This document shows, piece after piece, positions 42,176 to 50,697 of a DNA stretch of 64,000 nucleotides. Below the pieces are notes generated by a model. The model ran no database searches. It saw only the letters and a list, made by a program, of their open reading frames with translations, and had not been told where the DNA came from. Every line of letters starts with the position of its first letter. Within the stretch, counting starts at the first letter, position 1. The stretch covers positions 144 to 64,143 of the forward strand of contig JAFLJP010000104.1 of assembly GCA_022712945.1 (NCBI GenBank), given 5' to 3'. The translations under genes were made by a program, and so were the position numbers. This stretch comes from Gammaproteobacteria bacterium. Lineage in GTDB: Bacteria > Pseudomonadota > Gammaproteobacteria > RBG-16-57-12.

Positions 42176-42453
42176 ACCACCTCATCTAGTTCGGGTGCGT
42201 GAGTCATCCGTAAGCTTTCTATGTGGCTAAAGAGTGAATTCATAGTGGGGTAGTTAAATGCCAAGGCAGGGTCTACCTCTATTTGTAGATGATCCTCAAT
42301 AATTGTAGAGAGGTGAACATGATCAGCCGAGTCCAAGCCCAAACGAGAGAATGAGGCATCGCAATCACTCTCTAGAGAGAAGCTGGGCAAGCGCGATACG
42401 ATGTACTCCACAATCTCGCTCTTCAACGTTTCCTTACAATAATTTGCAGTCAT
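42172..42453 (-). CDS. Acyl carrier protein
   Basis: FSRLGLDS phosphopantetheine site and FNYPT tail; ATG at 42453 with AAGGA RBS. Confidence 0.88.
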   Translation of the reverse strand: MTANYCKETLKSEIVEYIVSRLPSFSLESDCDASFSRLGLDSADHVHLSTIIEDHLQIEVDPALAFNYPTMNSLFSHIESLRMTHAPELDEVV

Positions 42454-42472
42454 GATTTCATCCTTTTGAATA

Positions 42473-44152
42473 CTAGAGTTGATGTACAAGATCGCGACAA
42501 GCAATGCGCTTCACTTTGCCACTGGTGGTTTTTGGAATAATGCCGGGTTTCACAAGGTGCAGTTGATCAATAGCGATACCATGCTGTTCAACGATTGCCT
42601 CACGCAAATCACGTTTAAGTTGTTCATGATTTTCATGAAGTAGTGCACGTTTATTAATTTCAACAATGGCAACTAATTTTGTTAATTCCCGCTCTTGGTA
42701 AGTGAATACGGATGCACCATTATTTCCCGAGGCAAAGTGATGGCTGTTACAGGTTCGTTCAATATCATAGGGGTAGAGATTACGCCCACGAATAATCAAC
42801 ATTTCCTTAATGCGCCCTGTTACATACAGATGGCCATTTAATAGGAACCCCATATCCCCGGTACGCAAATAGTGTTGCTGACTACCAATAATCTTAGCTT
42901 GGAAAGTTTCAATGCTTTTTTGCCTATCATTCCAATAACCTTGCGCTAACGCATCGCCACTTAACCAGATTTCGCCTATTTCATGTTCAGTGCATGCCAA
43001 GCAACTATCAGGATTCACAATTTTGATATTGATAGCCGGTGCGGCAATACCACAGTCCACAATATCCTGACCATCAACAGACGGTACGACCTGCCCTTGT
43101 GCCAAATCAGACTTAGATAAATTAACCGTTTGCATGCCGCTGGCCGCAGGGCCACCAGAAATAAAGAGTGTGCATTCCGCCATTCCATAACAGGGGAAAA
43201 AGGCTTTTGAATCGAACTGACACGATTGAAAACGCTCACTAAAAGCTCGCATGGTATTAGCATCAACAGGTTCCGAACCATTGAGTGCAACCTTCCAGCA
43301 GCTCAAATCAATTTTAGAGAGATCCTCTCTCTCTTTGATCATTTTCAAACAGTGTTGGTAACCAAAGTTAGGGGCTGCCGAGCTATGAATTTTATAATGG
43401 GATATCAGCTCTAACCAACGACGGGGTCGCTGAATAAAGTTGAGTGGTGGCATAAATACATACGTTCCACCCAAAAACAGCGGTTGTAACATGTGGCCTA
43501 TCAATCCCATATCATGAAACTGGGGCAACCACCCTCCGGCAATCAAACCCGGCTGGTGCCCACATGCCTGCATAATCATGTACTGATTTGATACAATATT
43601 TCCATGACTAATTAAGACACCTTTCGGACGACCGGTTGAACCAGAGGTATATTGAATAAAAGCCAGTTGTTCCGGCTTAACCCTCGGCAGTTCAACCGGT
43701 TGATCTGATTGGTCAGTTTCATCTATCCAATGCCACTGGCGCTCCGCCAATGATGGAAGGCTCTGTAACTGAGATAACAGCTGTTGCTTAACTTCTGATA
43801 TCGTTAAAATAGCCGCAATATTCGCATCATCAAGAATATCTACCGTTCGCTGTAATTGTTGTGCATTTCGTGTCAAGTTCAAGGGTACTGCGGTTACACC
43901 CGCAGCTAGGCAGGCTAAGAAGTTAACTACGAAATCCAGGCCAGCAGGATAGAGTAACGCTATATTCTTTTGATGATAACCTTGGGCTATCAACCATTGT
44001 GCTCGCTGCTGGACCCGTTGATTTAGCTGTTCATAGTTGAGTCTTTGCGCACTTTCAACATTATGAGGCTGGAAAATAGCGGCTACTTTCAAGCCGTCCT
44101 TATGCACCTGTTCTGATACCGCATCCATAAAAAGTGAGTGTTTTATTGCCAT
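42473..44152 (-). CDS. Fatty acyl-AMP ligase (FAAL)
   Basis: AFIQYTSGSTGRPKGV, WLPQFHDMGLIG, PCYGMAE followed by an FAAL-type insertion, RTGDMGF, IIRGRNLYPYDIE, PKTTSGK. Confidence 0.9.
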   Translation of the reverse strand: MAIKHSLFMDAVSEQVHKDGLKVAAIFQPHNVESAQRLNYEQLNQRVQQRAQWLIAQGYHQKNIALLYPAGLDFVVNFLACLAAGVTAVPLNLTRNAQQLQRTVDILDDANIAAILTISEVKQQLLSQLQSLPSLAERQWHWIDETDQSDQPVELPRVKPEQLAFIQYTSGSTGRPKGVLISHGNIVSNQYMIMQACGHQPGLIAGGWLPQFHDMGLIGHMLQPLFLGGTYVFMPPLNFIQRPRRWLELISHYKIHSSAAPNFGYQHCLKMIKEREDLSKIDLSCWKVALNGSEPVDANTMRAFSERFQSCQFDSKAFFPCYGMAECTLFISGGPAASGMQTVNLSKSDLAQGQVVPSVDGQDIVDCGIAAPAINIKIVNPDSCLACTEHEIGEIWLSGDALAQGYWNDRQKSIETFQAKIIGSQQHYLRTGDMGFLLNGHLYVTGRIKEMLIIRGRNLYPYDIERTCNSHHFASGNNGASVFTYQERELTKLVAIVEINKRALLHENHEQLKRDLREAIVEQHGIAIDQLHLVKPGIIPKTTSGKVKRIACRDLVHQL

Positions 44153-44162
44153 TTTATCTCTC

Positions 44163-45341
44163 CTAACTGGCAAAGCTCATTGCACTTAGTTGTTTCACAC
44201 ATTGGTTTAAGGCGGTCACAAAATTTTCTATATCTGCAGTGGTTGTATATTGACCAAAGCTGACACGAATTGAACTCTGTATGCGCTCCTCATCCAAGCC
44301 CATTGCCAGTAAAACAGCAGAGAGTGTTTTTTGTTTATTATTACTACATGCAGAACCAATGGAGATAATAAAACCATGTTTTTTATCCATCAATACGGCA
44401 AGTGCTTCACCTCGAACACCCTTTATGGCCATGTTCAACGTATTACTCAATGCATTTGCATAAGTCGTATCACCATTAAACTCAACACTGATATCAGCCT
44501 GTTGTATTAGATCAACCATGAGATGTTTACACGCCTGTGCATGTTGATCCCATTGTGCGATAGCACACTTAGCCTCTTCTGCTGCTTTGGCCAAGCCACT
44601 AATAGCCAATAAGTTTTCAGTACCAGAGCGCAAGCCTAACTCCTGACCACCACCATGAATGAGCGGTGAAAGTGAGTTGTTCTCTTTAATGTAAAGCCCT
44701 CCAACCCCTTTGGGGCCATAAAACTTATGTGCAGAGAAAGAGAGGTAATCAATATCACACGCTTCTACATCAATGGCGCGTTTTCCTACCAGTTGAACAC
44801 CATCCACGTGGAGTTTTATTCCCCTAGCTGAGGTGATTTTTGCAACCTCAGAAATGGGCTGAATAACGCCCGTTTCGTTATTGGCATACATCATTGAAAC
44901 CAGTTGTGTATCTTCTTGCAGTGCGGCCATAAAGTCACTGATGGAGATAGCACCATTGGACTGTGGTTTAAGGTAACTGACCTTAAAACCAAACTGTTTC
45001 TCGAAGTAACGTACCGTTTCGAGTACCGAGGGATGCTCAATAGCCGTAGTAATAATATGACCCGGTTTATTCAGATGATTAAACAAGCGCCCTTTTATTG
45101 CCCAATTGTTAGCCTCTGAGCCACCCGAGGTGAAAAATACTTTATCTGCTGAGGTTCCGAGCATTTCAGCTACCGATACTCGGGCCTGCTGCATTGCATT
45201 ACGGTTACGTATTGCCTCAGCATGGTTACTTGACGCATTCGCAAACTGCCCCAGTGTTGCGGTCATGGCTTCTGCAACAGCAGGAGAAACTGGCGTTGTT
45301 GCGTTGTAATCAAAATAGCCTGCCAACTGCTGCCTATCCAT
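44163..45341 (-). CDS. Cysteine desulfurase (IscS/NifS type)
   Basis: DYNATTP, FTSGGSEANN, NNETG, SAHKFYGPKG (PLP lysine), RSGTEN, GSACS (catalytic Cys); ATG at 45341 overlaps the upstream stop. Confidence 0.92.
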   Translation of the reverse strand: MDRQQLAGYFDYNATTPVSPAVAEAMTATLGQFANASSNHAEAIRNRNAMQQARVSVAEMLGTSADKVFFTSGGSEANNWAIKGRLFNHLNKPGHIITTAIEHPSVLETVRYFEKQFGFKVSYLKPQSNGAISISDFMAALQEDTQLVSMMYANNETGVIQPISEVAKITSARGIKLHVDGVQLVGKRAIDVEACDIDYLSFSAHKFYGPKGVGGLYIKENNSLSPLIHGGGQELGLRSGTENLLAISGLAKAAEEAKCAIAQWDQHAQACKHLMVDLIQQADISVEFNGDTTYANALSNTLNMAIKGVRGEALAVLMDKKHGFIISIGSACSNNKQKTLSAVLLAMGLDEERIQSSIRVSFGQYTTTADIENFVTALNQCVKQLSAMSFAS

Positions 45342-45711
45342 TAGCAACATCCTCTGCAACGCGTTGCTCAGATAACAGCTGGTGCAGTTCATTAAGAATA
45401 TCCATGCAGTGATGCTGTGATGGGCTTAATTCACCCAGCATCTGCTGCTTATACTCAACATCTCGTTGGCACACAGAATCTAATGACTGGTTTAGCAGTG
45501 AATCACAAAAGATATTGGCCGTGGCGACTGATGTAGCACACCCCCAAGCACGAAAAAGAGCGTTAGAAATCTTATTGTCATCGAGAAGAATCTGTACACG
45601 GATACGATCACCACACACCGAGTTACCTACTTCCAGTTCGATATCTGCTGACTCAAGATCACCCACGTGTTGTGGATCGGAAAAGTTTTCAATAATAATA
45701 TCGTTATACAT
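45334..45711 (-). CDS. IscU/NifU-N-like scaffold or sulfur-carrier protein
   Basis: GNSVCGD, AWGC and HHC keep three cysteines; LPPVK chaperone motif replaced by LSPSQ. Confidence 0.87.
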   Translation of the reverse strand: MYNDIIIENFSDPQHVGDLESADIELEVGNSVCGDRIRVQILLDDNKISNALFRAWGCATSVATANIFCDSLLNQSLDSVCQRDVEYKQQMLGELSPSQHHCMDILNELHQLLSEQRVAEDVANG

Positions 45712-45730
45712 TGTTTCTTACTCCCTGAAC

Positions 45731-45751
45731 GAGTGCCACAAAGTGGCACTC
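45731..45751. repeat. Perfect intergenic hairpin between the luxE-like and iscU-like genes
   Basis: GAGTGCCAC-AAA-GTGGCACTC, no T tract. Confidence 0.6.
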
Positions 45752-45759
45752 TCTATTCC

Positions 45760-46935
45760 CTAAGCGACTACCGGACAGTTCTGCTCTGCCTCGACATCAT
45801 CCAGACGCTTATCTAAATTGACCGCACAGCAACCAAATTCAGTAGATTCTGGTAAACGCATAATGTATTGCATACGCTGACCACTACGCCCCGATGGGCT
45901 TTGTTCAGGAAGCAAGCGCACCAAATCCTCAGTTAGAATAAAGCCCGGTGTAGAGCGTGCCAGTGGATCTAAAATAGCCAGTTGTCCCACCTCACCATCA
46001 GCGACCTCTTCGTCAAGCTTTTTGGGATTTCGGATTGAAAAGTGAATAAAAGGTGATACATGCTTCACACCATGCTCATCATCAATAGCCACTACGTTAG
46101 ATTCTACCAGCGCATAAATATCACGAATCTGTGATGGCTCAACGCCTAAGTACTCCATGCACTCTTGGTTGAACTCTTCTCGCGAGAGCATCTCACCACT
46201 AAAGCGCTTCCAACCACCTAGGGTGATAATAAAACTGCCTTTATCCAGTTTAATACGCGTATTAGTTGCCTTAAGGTAGCGAATAAAGCGGTTGATTAAG
46301 AAGGGCGGGCCAATAATGTGGCGATCAAATTTATTCTTCCACTCATCTAATTGAGAGAGTGCATCCTCAACCACAAGACTCTCATTTTTAACCATAAATT
46401 GGTGAGTGTCTAATAGGCCAGCCAGCATATTTAATGCCTTAATCATGCCCATTTCTGGAATCTCTTCAGTTGAAGGGCAAAGATACAGGCCCGCACCTTT
46501 AGATATTTTCAGGAACTCACGGTACATCGAGTAGATACCTAAAATGGCATTATCAACCGTATCGGAGCAACGACGCGACACACTGGGAATCCCGGAAGTG
46601 CCTGTACTGCGCATTTCAAGCTCAATATCCTTTAGGTTGACTGATAACAACTTATGACTGTCATTTGATTTGAATAAGCTAATGGGTATCAATGGCAGTT
46701 TTAGTAAATCCTCAGGTGTGCTTACACTGTTGGGTGTTACCCCTTTTTGATCACAAGATGCTCGGTAAAACGCATTATTTTCATAATGAAAGCGATATGC
46801 TTGAAGAATTAGTTCTGTTTTAAAGGCCAGCAACTGGCTATCAGGCATTGCGTACAGCTCACTTACCGAAGACAACGCAACTTTCACGGGATCTAAACCC
46901 AGTTTTTCTAGTTGCTCAAAGCACTCGTTAATCAT
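45760..46935 (-). CDS. LuxE-family acyl-protein synthetase
   Basis: LPLIPISLFK, STGTSG, GPPF, TLGGWK, IRDIY, ILTEDL and C-terminal GCC (acyl-accepting Cys position). Confidence 0.85.
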   Translation of the reverse strand: MINECFEQLEKLGLDPVKVALSSVSELYAMPDSQLLAFKTELILQAYRFHYENNAFYRASCDQKGVTPNSVSTPEDLLKLPLIPISLFKSNDSHKLLSVNLKDIELEMRSTGTSGIPSVSRRCSDTVDNAILGIYSMYREFLKISKGAGLYLCPSTEEIPEMGMIKALNMLAGLLDTHQFMVKNESLVVEDALSQLDEWKNKFDRHIIGPPFLINRFIRYLKATNTRIKLDKGSFIITLGGWKRFSGEMLSREEFNQECMEYLGVEPSQIRDIYALVESNVVAIDDEHGVKHVSPFIHFSIRNPKKLDEEVADGEVGQLAILDPLARSTPGFILTEDLVRLLPEQSPSGRSGQRMQYIMRLPESTEFGCCAVNLDKRLDDVEAEQNCPVVA

Positions 46936-47107
46936 AGTGACACTCCTTGTTTATATTTTAAAAATACTACGTACAACACACCTAAAAATGGGGATAAGTT
47001 ATCCGTATTCTGTGGTTATAAAACAATCAAAAACGACAGATATTCATGCGTGCCGTAGCACCGATTATCACTATCGAATAAAAATTGAGGAATTAGTAAC
47101 TCAACCA

Positions 47108-47128
47108 CTATGCACTAAAAGTGCATAG
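47108..47128. promoter_or_regulatory. Perfect palindrome upstream of the luxE-like operon, candidate operator
   Basis: CTATGCACT-AAA-AGTGCATAG. Confidence 0.4.
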
Positions 47129-47402
47129 AGTTGCTCATGGACTGCAAGTCGCTCACCCCACTATGAGAACTGACAAATATTGAACTAATTTCATTTTGTA
47201 ACAGACCGGCTGAAGCCTCGGCCTCCAAAACCCTCTGGTTGACTAGCGAACTAAGACCAATAAATATGGCTATGCCCTATTTTGGGCTTACACATAAGTA
47301 ATCGCGAGGGATCGTACTGGAATGCTATCAAACTTAACCTCGACTGCCTCACTATTTTGAAACAAAGTTTTTCGACAACGGGGAATCGATGATAGTCCAC
47401 TT

Positions 47403-47456
47403 AGGGATGTAGAATTTATTAAAATACCGCGCTTACTTGTCTTTTTGCCCACCCCC
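47403..47456. mobile_element. Truncated MITE family D (one arm)
   Basis: AGGGATGTAGAATTTATTAAAATACCGCGCTTACTTGTCTTTTTGCCCACC is the reverse complement of the right arm of 28201-28361. Confidence 0.8.
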
Positions 47457-47472
47457 TGAAAATCGCTACCTG

Positions 47473-47639
47473 CTAGGAGCTTGTCCGAGAATAGAGGTCG
47501 TAGCGAGAGAGTGTGATTTTTAGTTCATTTTTTCGACAATTTGAGGCGGATGGTTGTTCCCTTTAACGAAAATTGGCGGGAAAATGAGCAACAAACACGC
47601 TTTCGCAGTAGACCTATCTATTCTCGGACAGGCTCCTAG
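47473..47639. mobile_element. MITE-like element, family C
   Basis: CTAG-GAGCTTGTCCGAGAATAGA ... TCTATTCTCGGACAGGCTC-CTAG; collinear with 21553-21718. Confidence 0.85.
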
Positions 47640-47712
47640 ACATCAAATAACTCTGATAAGAATGAATATGTCACATACAATAGCAAGGTTAAAAACAACC
47701 ACCGAGAAATCG

Positions 47713-48489
47713 ATGCTAATTGTCATATCCCCAGCCAAAACTCTTGATTATGAGACACCGAGCATAACCAACAGCTATAGCCAAAGTGATTATCTTCAGG
47801 AGGCTCAGCAGCTGGTTAAACAGGTGCGGCATTTCAGTGCTGCAGATCTATCAACTATCATGAGGGTCAGTGACAAAATCGCCCAGTTAAATGTCAGCCG
47901 CTTTAAGCAGTGGCACACCCCGTTTACCCCGGATAATGCGAAGCAGGCGATACTGGCCTTCAAAGGGGATGTTTACAGCAGTTTGGATGCTAGCAGTTTT
48001 AGCGATGGTGATTTTCAGTTTGCCCAGCAGCACCTGCGCATCCTCTCCGGGCTTTACGGCCTGTTACGCCCTTTAGACTTGATGCAGCCTTATCGTTTGG
48101 AGATGGGGCGTAAAATCGAAACGGCGCGGGGGAAAAATCTCTATCAATTCTGGGACGACATAATAACGGCCGGTATCAACCAACAGATGTTGCAGAGCCA
48201 TTCAGATTACCTGATCAACCTCGCTTCAAATGAATATTTCAAAGCGGTCAAGCCAGCATTGATCAATGGCGAGATTATCACCCCGCTGTTTAAAGATTAT
48301 AAAAGTGGCAGCTATAAAGTAGTGGGTATTTACGCCAAGAGAGCACGGGGAAAGCTAAGCCGCTACATCATTAAAAATAGACTGAATTCACCTGAAGAGT
48401 TGAAAAGCTTTACCGACGACGGCTACCGCTTTAATTCACAGCTCACTCAGGGCAATGAGTGGGTCTTCAGCCGCAATCAAGAATCATAA
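47713..48489 (+). CDS. yaaA: Peroxide stress protein YaaA
   Basis: MLIVISPAKTLDY, AFKGDVY, ILSGLYGLLRPLD, INLASNEYF, YAKRARG. Confidence 0.95.
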   Translation: MLIVISPAKTLDYETPSITNSYSQSDYLQEAQQLVKQVRHFSAADLSTIMRVSDKIAQLNVSRFKQWHTPFTPDNAKQAILAFKGDVYSSLDASSFSDGDFQFAQQHLRILSGLYGLLRPLDLMQPYRLEMGRKIETARGKNLYQFWDDIITAGINQQMLQSHSDYLINLASNEYFKAVKPALINGEIITPLFKDYKSGSYKVVGIYAKRARGKLSRYIIKNRLNSPEELKSFTDDGYRFNSQLTQGNEWVFSRNQES

Positions 48490-48500
48490 AATTCCCTGTT

Positions 48501-49100
48501 TTATCTTTCAAGCTGTCGCCTCACCGGGCCAAAGCTGCGACGGTGGATTGGTGTAACACCCAGCTCTTGCAGTGCCTGCAAGTGTATTTTGGTTGGATAA
48601 CCGCTGTGCTTGGAAAAACCGTAACCAGGATACTCAATATCCATCTCATCCATTTCACGGTCCCGTGCCACCTTGGCGATAATGGAAGCAGCACTGATTG
48701 CCGGTATCTTCTCATCACCCTTAATAATCGCTTCAGCACTACAGTTAATTTCAGGCAGTTTATTGCCATCCACCAGTACATGCTCAGGTGATATTGGTAG
48801 TGCCGCTACCGCACGTGACATCGCCACTAATGATGCCTGCAAAATATTAAGCTCATCAATCTCCGTTGCTTCAGCCCGTGCAATCGACCACGCCAATGCT
48901 TTGCTTTTTATCTCATCGTACAGCTTTTCCCGCTGTTTTTTGCTCAGTTTTTTGGAATCAGCCAGCCCGTCAATGGGGTTCTTCGGGTCAAGAATAACCG
49001 CCGCTGCCACTACCGGGCCAGCCAACGGGCCACGCCCAACCTCATCAACCCCAGCAATTAAACGTTTGTCAGTGACAAAATTGAATTCACCTTGCATCAA
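48501..49100 (-). CDS. rnhB: Ribonuclease HII
   Basis: [36 protein letters not shown]. Confidence 0.97.
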   Translation of the reverse strand: MMQGEFNFVTDKRLIAGVDEVGRGPLAGPVVAAAVILDPKNPIDGLADSKKLSKKQREKLYDEIKSKALAWSIARAEATEIDELNILQASLVAMSRAVAALPISPEHVLVDGNKLPEINCSAEAIIKGDEKIPAISAASIIAKVARDREMDEMDIEYPGYGFSKHSGYPTKIHLQALQELGVTPIHRRSFGPVRRQLER

Positions 49101-50223
49101 TCATCTCCAGTAACACCTCAGCCGCCTTGCTATCTGCCCCTTTTCGCAACTCACGGTGAATATCTTCAAAAATATGGGTAACCGCCTCCGTCTGATGAGG
49201 GTGCTGTAAATATTGCAGCACCGCAGGGGCTAACAGCTCGGCTATCGCCCGCTCTTGAAGATACTCTTCAACCACTTTGCGACCCGCCAGATTATTAGGT
49301 AGTGAAACACTGTCGACCTTGAGCAGTCTACGTGCCAGAAAGGCGGTCAACCAGTTCACTTTGTAGGCAATCACCATCGGTTTTTTCAGTAGCAGCGCCT
49401 CCAGTGTTGCGGTGCCGGAAGCCAGCAGCACCACATCCGCAGCCGCCATCACCTCCCGGGAGCGACCATCAACAATCGTGATCGGAAGATCAGGCGCACA
49501 CTGTGACAAGATAGTTTCAAACTGAGTACGTGTATTTTGGTTAATCAGCGGGGTCACAAAGTGCAAATCTGCCACTTCAGTCAAACACCGCTGTGCGGTA
49601 CGAATAAAGGGCTCAGCCAGACGTGAGACCTCACTACTGCGACTGCCCGGCAGCAGGGCAACAATACGTTTATTGTCTGGAAGTGAGAGTGCTTGGCGGG
49701 CGGCAGAGACATCCGGCACCATCGGAATCTGGTCGGCCAGAGTATGGCCCACGAAGGTCACCGGCACATTATGCTGCTGGTAAAACTTTGCTTCGAAGGG
49801 GAACAGTGTCAATATCTGGTCAACACTCTCAGCGATTTTTTTCACCCGCCCCTGACGCCAGGCCCAGACCGAGGGGCTGACATAGTGCACGGTGGGAATA
49901 CCCTGCTCTTTTAATCGTTTCTCCAGCCCCAAGTTAAAATCGGGTGCATCAACGCCGACGAAAAGATCAGGCGGGTTATCGATAAAGTGCTGTGCTACGT
50001 GACGACGAATGCCCAGCAATTCACGATAGCGGCCCAACACTTCAACAATCCCCATTACCGAGAGACGCTCCATATCGAACAGCGCCACACACCCCTGTTC
50101 GATCATCAGCGGCCCGGCAATTCCTTCAAATTGCGCCTCGGGGTGCTGTTTTTTGATTGCCTGAATCAGGCCAGCGGCAAGAATATCTCCCGATGCCTCA
50201 CCGGCGACAATACCTATACGCAT
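49087..50223 (-). CDS. lpxB: Lipid-A-disaccharide synthase
   Basis: [37 protein letters not shown]. Confidence 0.97.
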   Translation of the reverse strand: MRIGIVAGEASGDILAAGLIQAIKKQHPEAQFEGIAGPLMIEQGCVALFDMERLSVMGIVEVLGRYRELLGIRRHVAQHFIDNPPDLFVGVDAPDFNLGLEKRLKEQGIPTVHYVSPSVWAWRQGRVKKIAESVDQILTLFPFEAKFYQQHNVPVTFVGHTLADQIPMVPDVSAARQALSLPDNKRIVALLPGSRSSEVSRLAEPFIRTAQRCLTEVADLHFVTPLINQNTRTQFETILSQCAPDLPITIVDGRSREVMAAADVVLLASGTATLEALLLKKPMVIAYKVNWLTAFLARRLLKVDSVSLPNNLAGRKVVEEYLQERAIAELLAPAVLQYLQHPHQTEAVTHIFEDIHRELRKGADSKAAEVLLEMIDAR

Positions 50224-50242
50224 GGTTTACTCTGGATTGGGT

Positions 50243-50686
50243 TCACTTTGTCAGGTAATTTTTGAATTCATTTATACCAATAACCTGGTTACTCTCTTTA
50301 ATCGCTTTGCTTAGCCCATCAAAAACAATAATTTTAAAAGTCGTTCCTTCGAGGATGTTCGCTGAATCTTCTCTTGTCATATAGTAACCCTGACTCTGCT
50401 CCTCTTCACTATTGGCTATAACGTACAGGTACTCCATCTCTTCAGCATTCACCTTACTTATAACATCAATCTGCTCCTTATATTCTGGATTAGAACTGGA
50501 TGATGTTGCCACAATTACCATTTTCGGCTGAGCATCAAGATTAAACTCTTTTTTAAAATTCGACGGAGCCGTCAGTGAGTTATACTCTTCGCCATGTGCA
50601 TCATAAAATCTGAATTCTGCTGACTCACTGGTACTAACACAACCAGAAAGTACAATTAGTAATACAATCCACATCGAAGTTTTCAT
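50243..50686 (-). CDS. Putative lipoprotein, candidate immunity protein
   Basis: MKTSMWIVLLIVLSGC lipobox; AT-rich; directly downstream of the toxin-like gene. Confidence 0.65.
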   Translation of the reverse strand: MKTSMWIVLLIVLSGCVSTSESAEFRFYDAHGEEYNSLTAPSNFKKEFNLDAQPKMVIVATSSSSNPEYKEQIDVISKVNAEEMEYLYVIANSEEEQSQGYYMTREDSANILEGTTFKIIVFDGLSKAIKESNQVIGINEFKNYLTK

Positions 50687-50697
50687 GGCACACATCC

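Noticed and set aside
44163-45711. Housekeeping isc or nif Fe-S operon
   Set aside because: Gene order is U then S, iscR/iscA/hscBA/fdx and nif genes are absent, and the pair is embedded between acyl-activating genes.
45760-46935. Bioluminescence (lux) operon
   Set aside because: No luxA, luxB, luxC or luxD in the window; the neighbours are sulfur and lipid enzymes.
47108-47128. NtrC binding site
   Set aside because: TGCAC-N5-GTGCA is 2 bp shorter than the NtrC TGCAC-N7-GTGCA spacing, and no convincing sigma-54 promoter was found.
47130-47300. Riboswitch (c-di-GMP, SAM, TPP) in the luxE leader
   Set aside because: Some pairing potential exists, but I could not find the consensus nucleotides of any class by eye; cmscan would be needed.
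47554-47712. N-terminal extension of YaaA
   Set aside because: The extension is read-through from MITE family C; the conserved start MLIVISPAK is at 47713.
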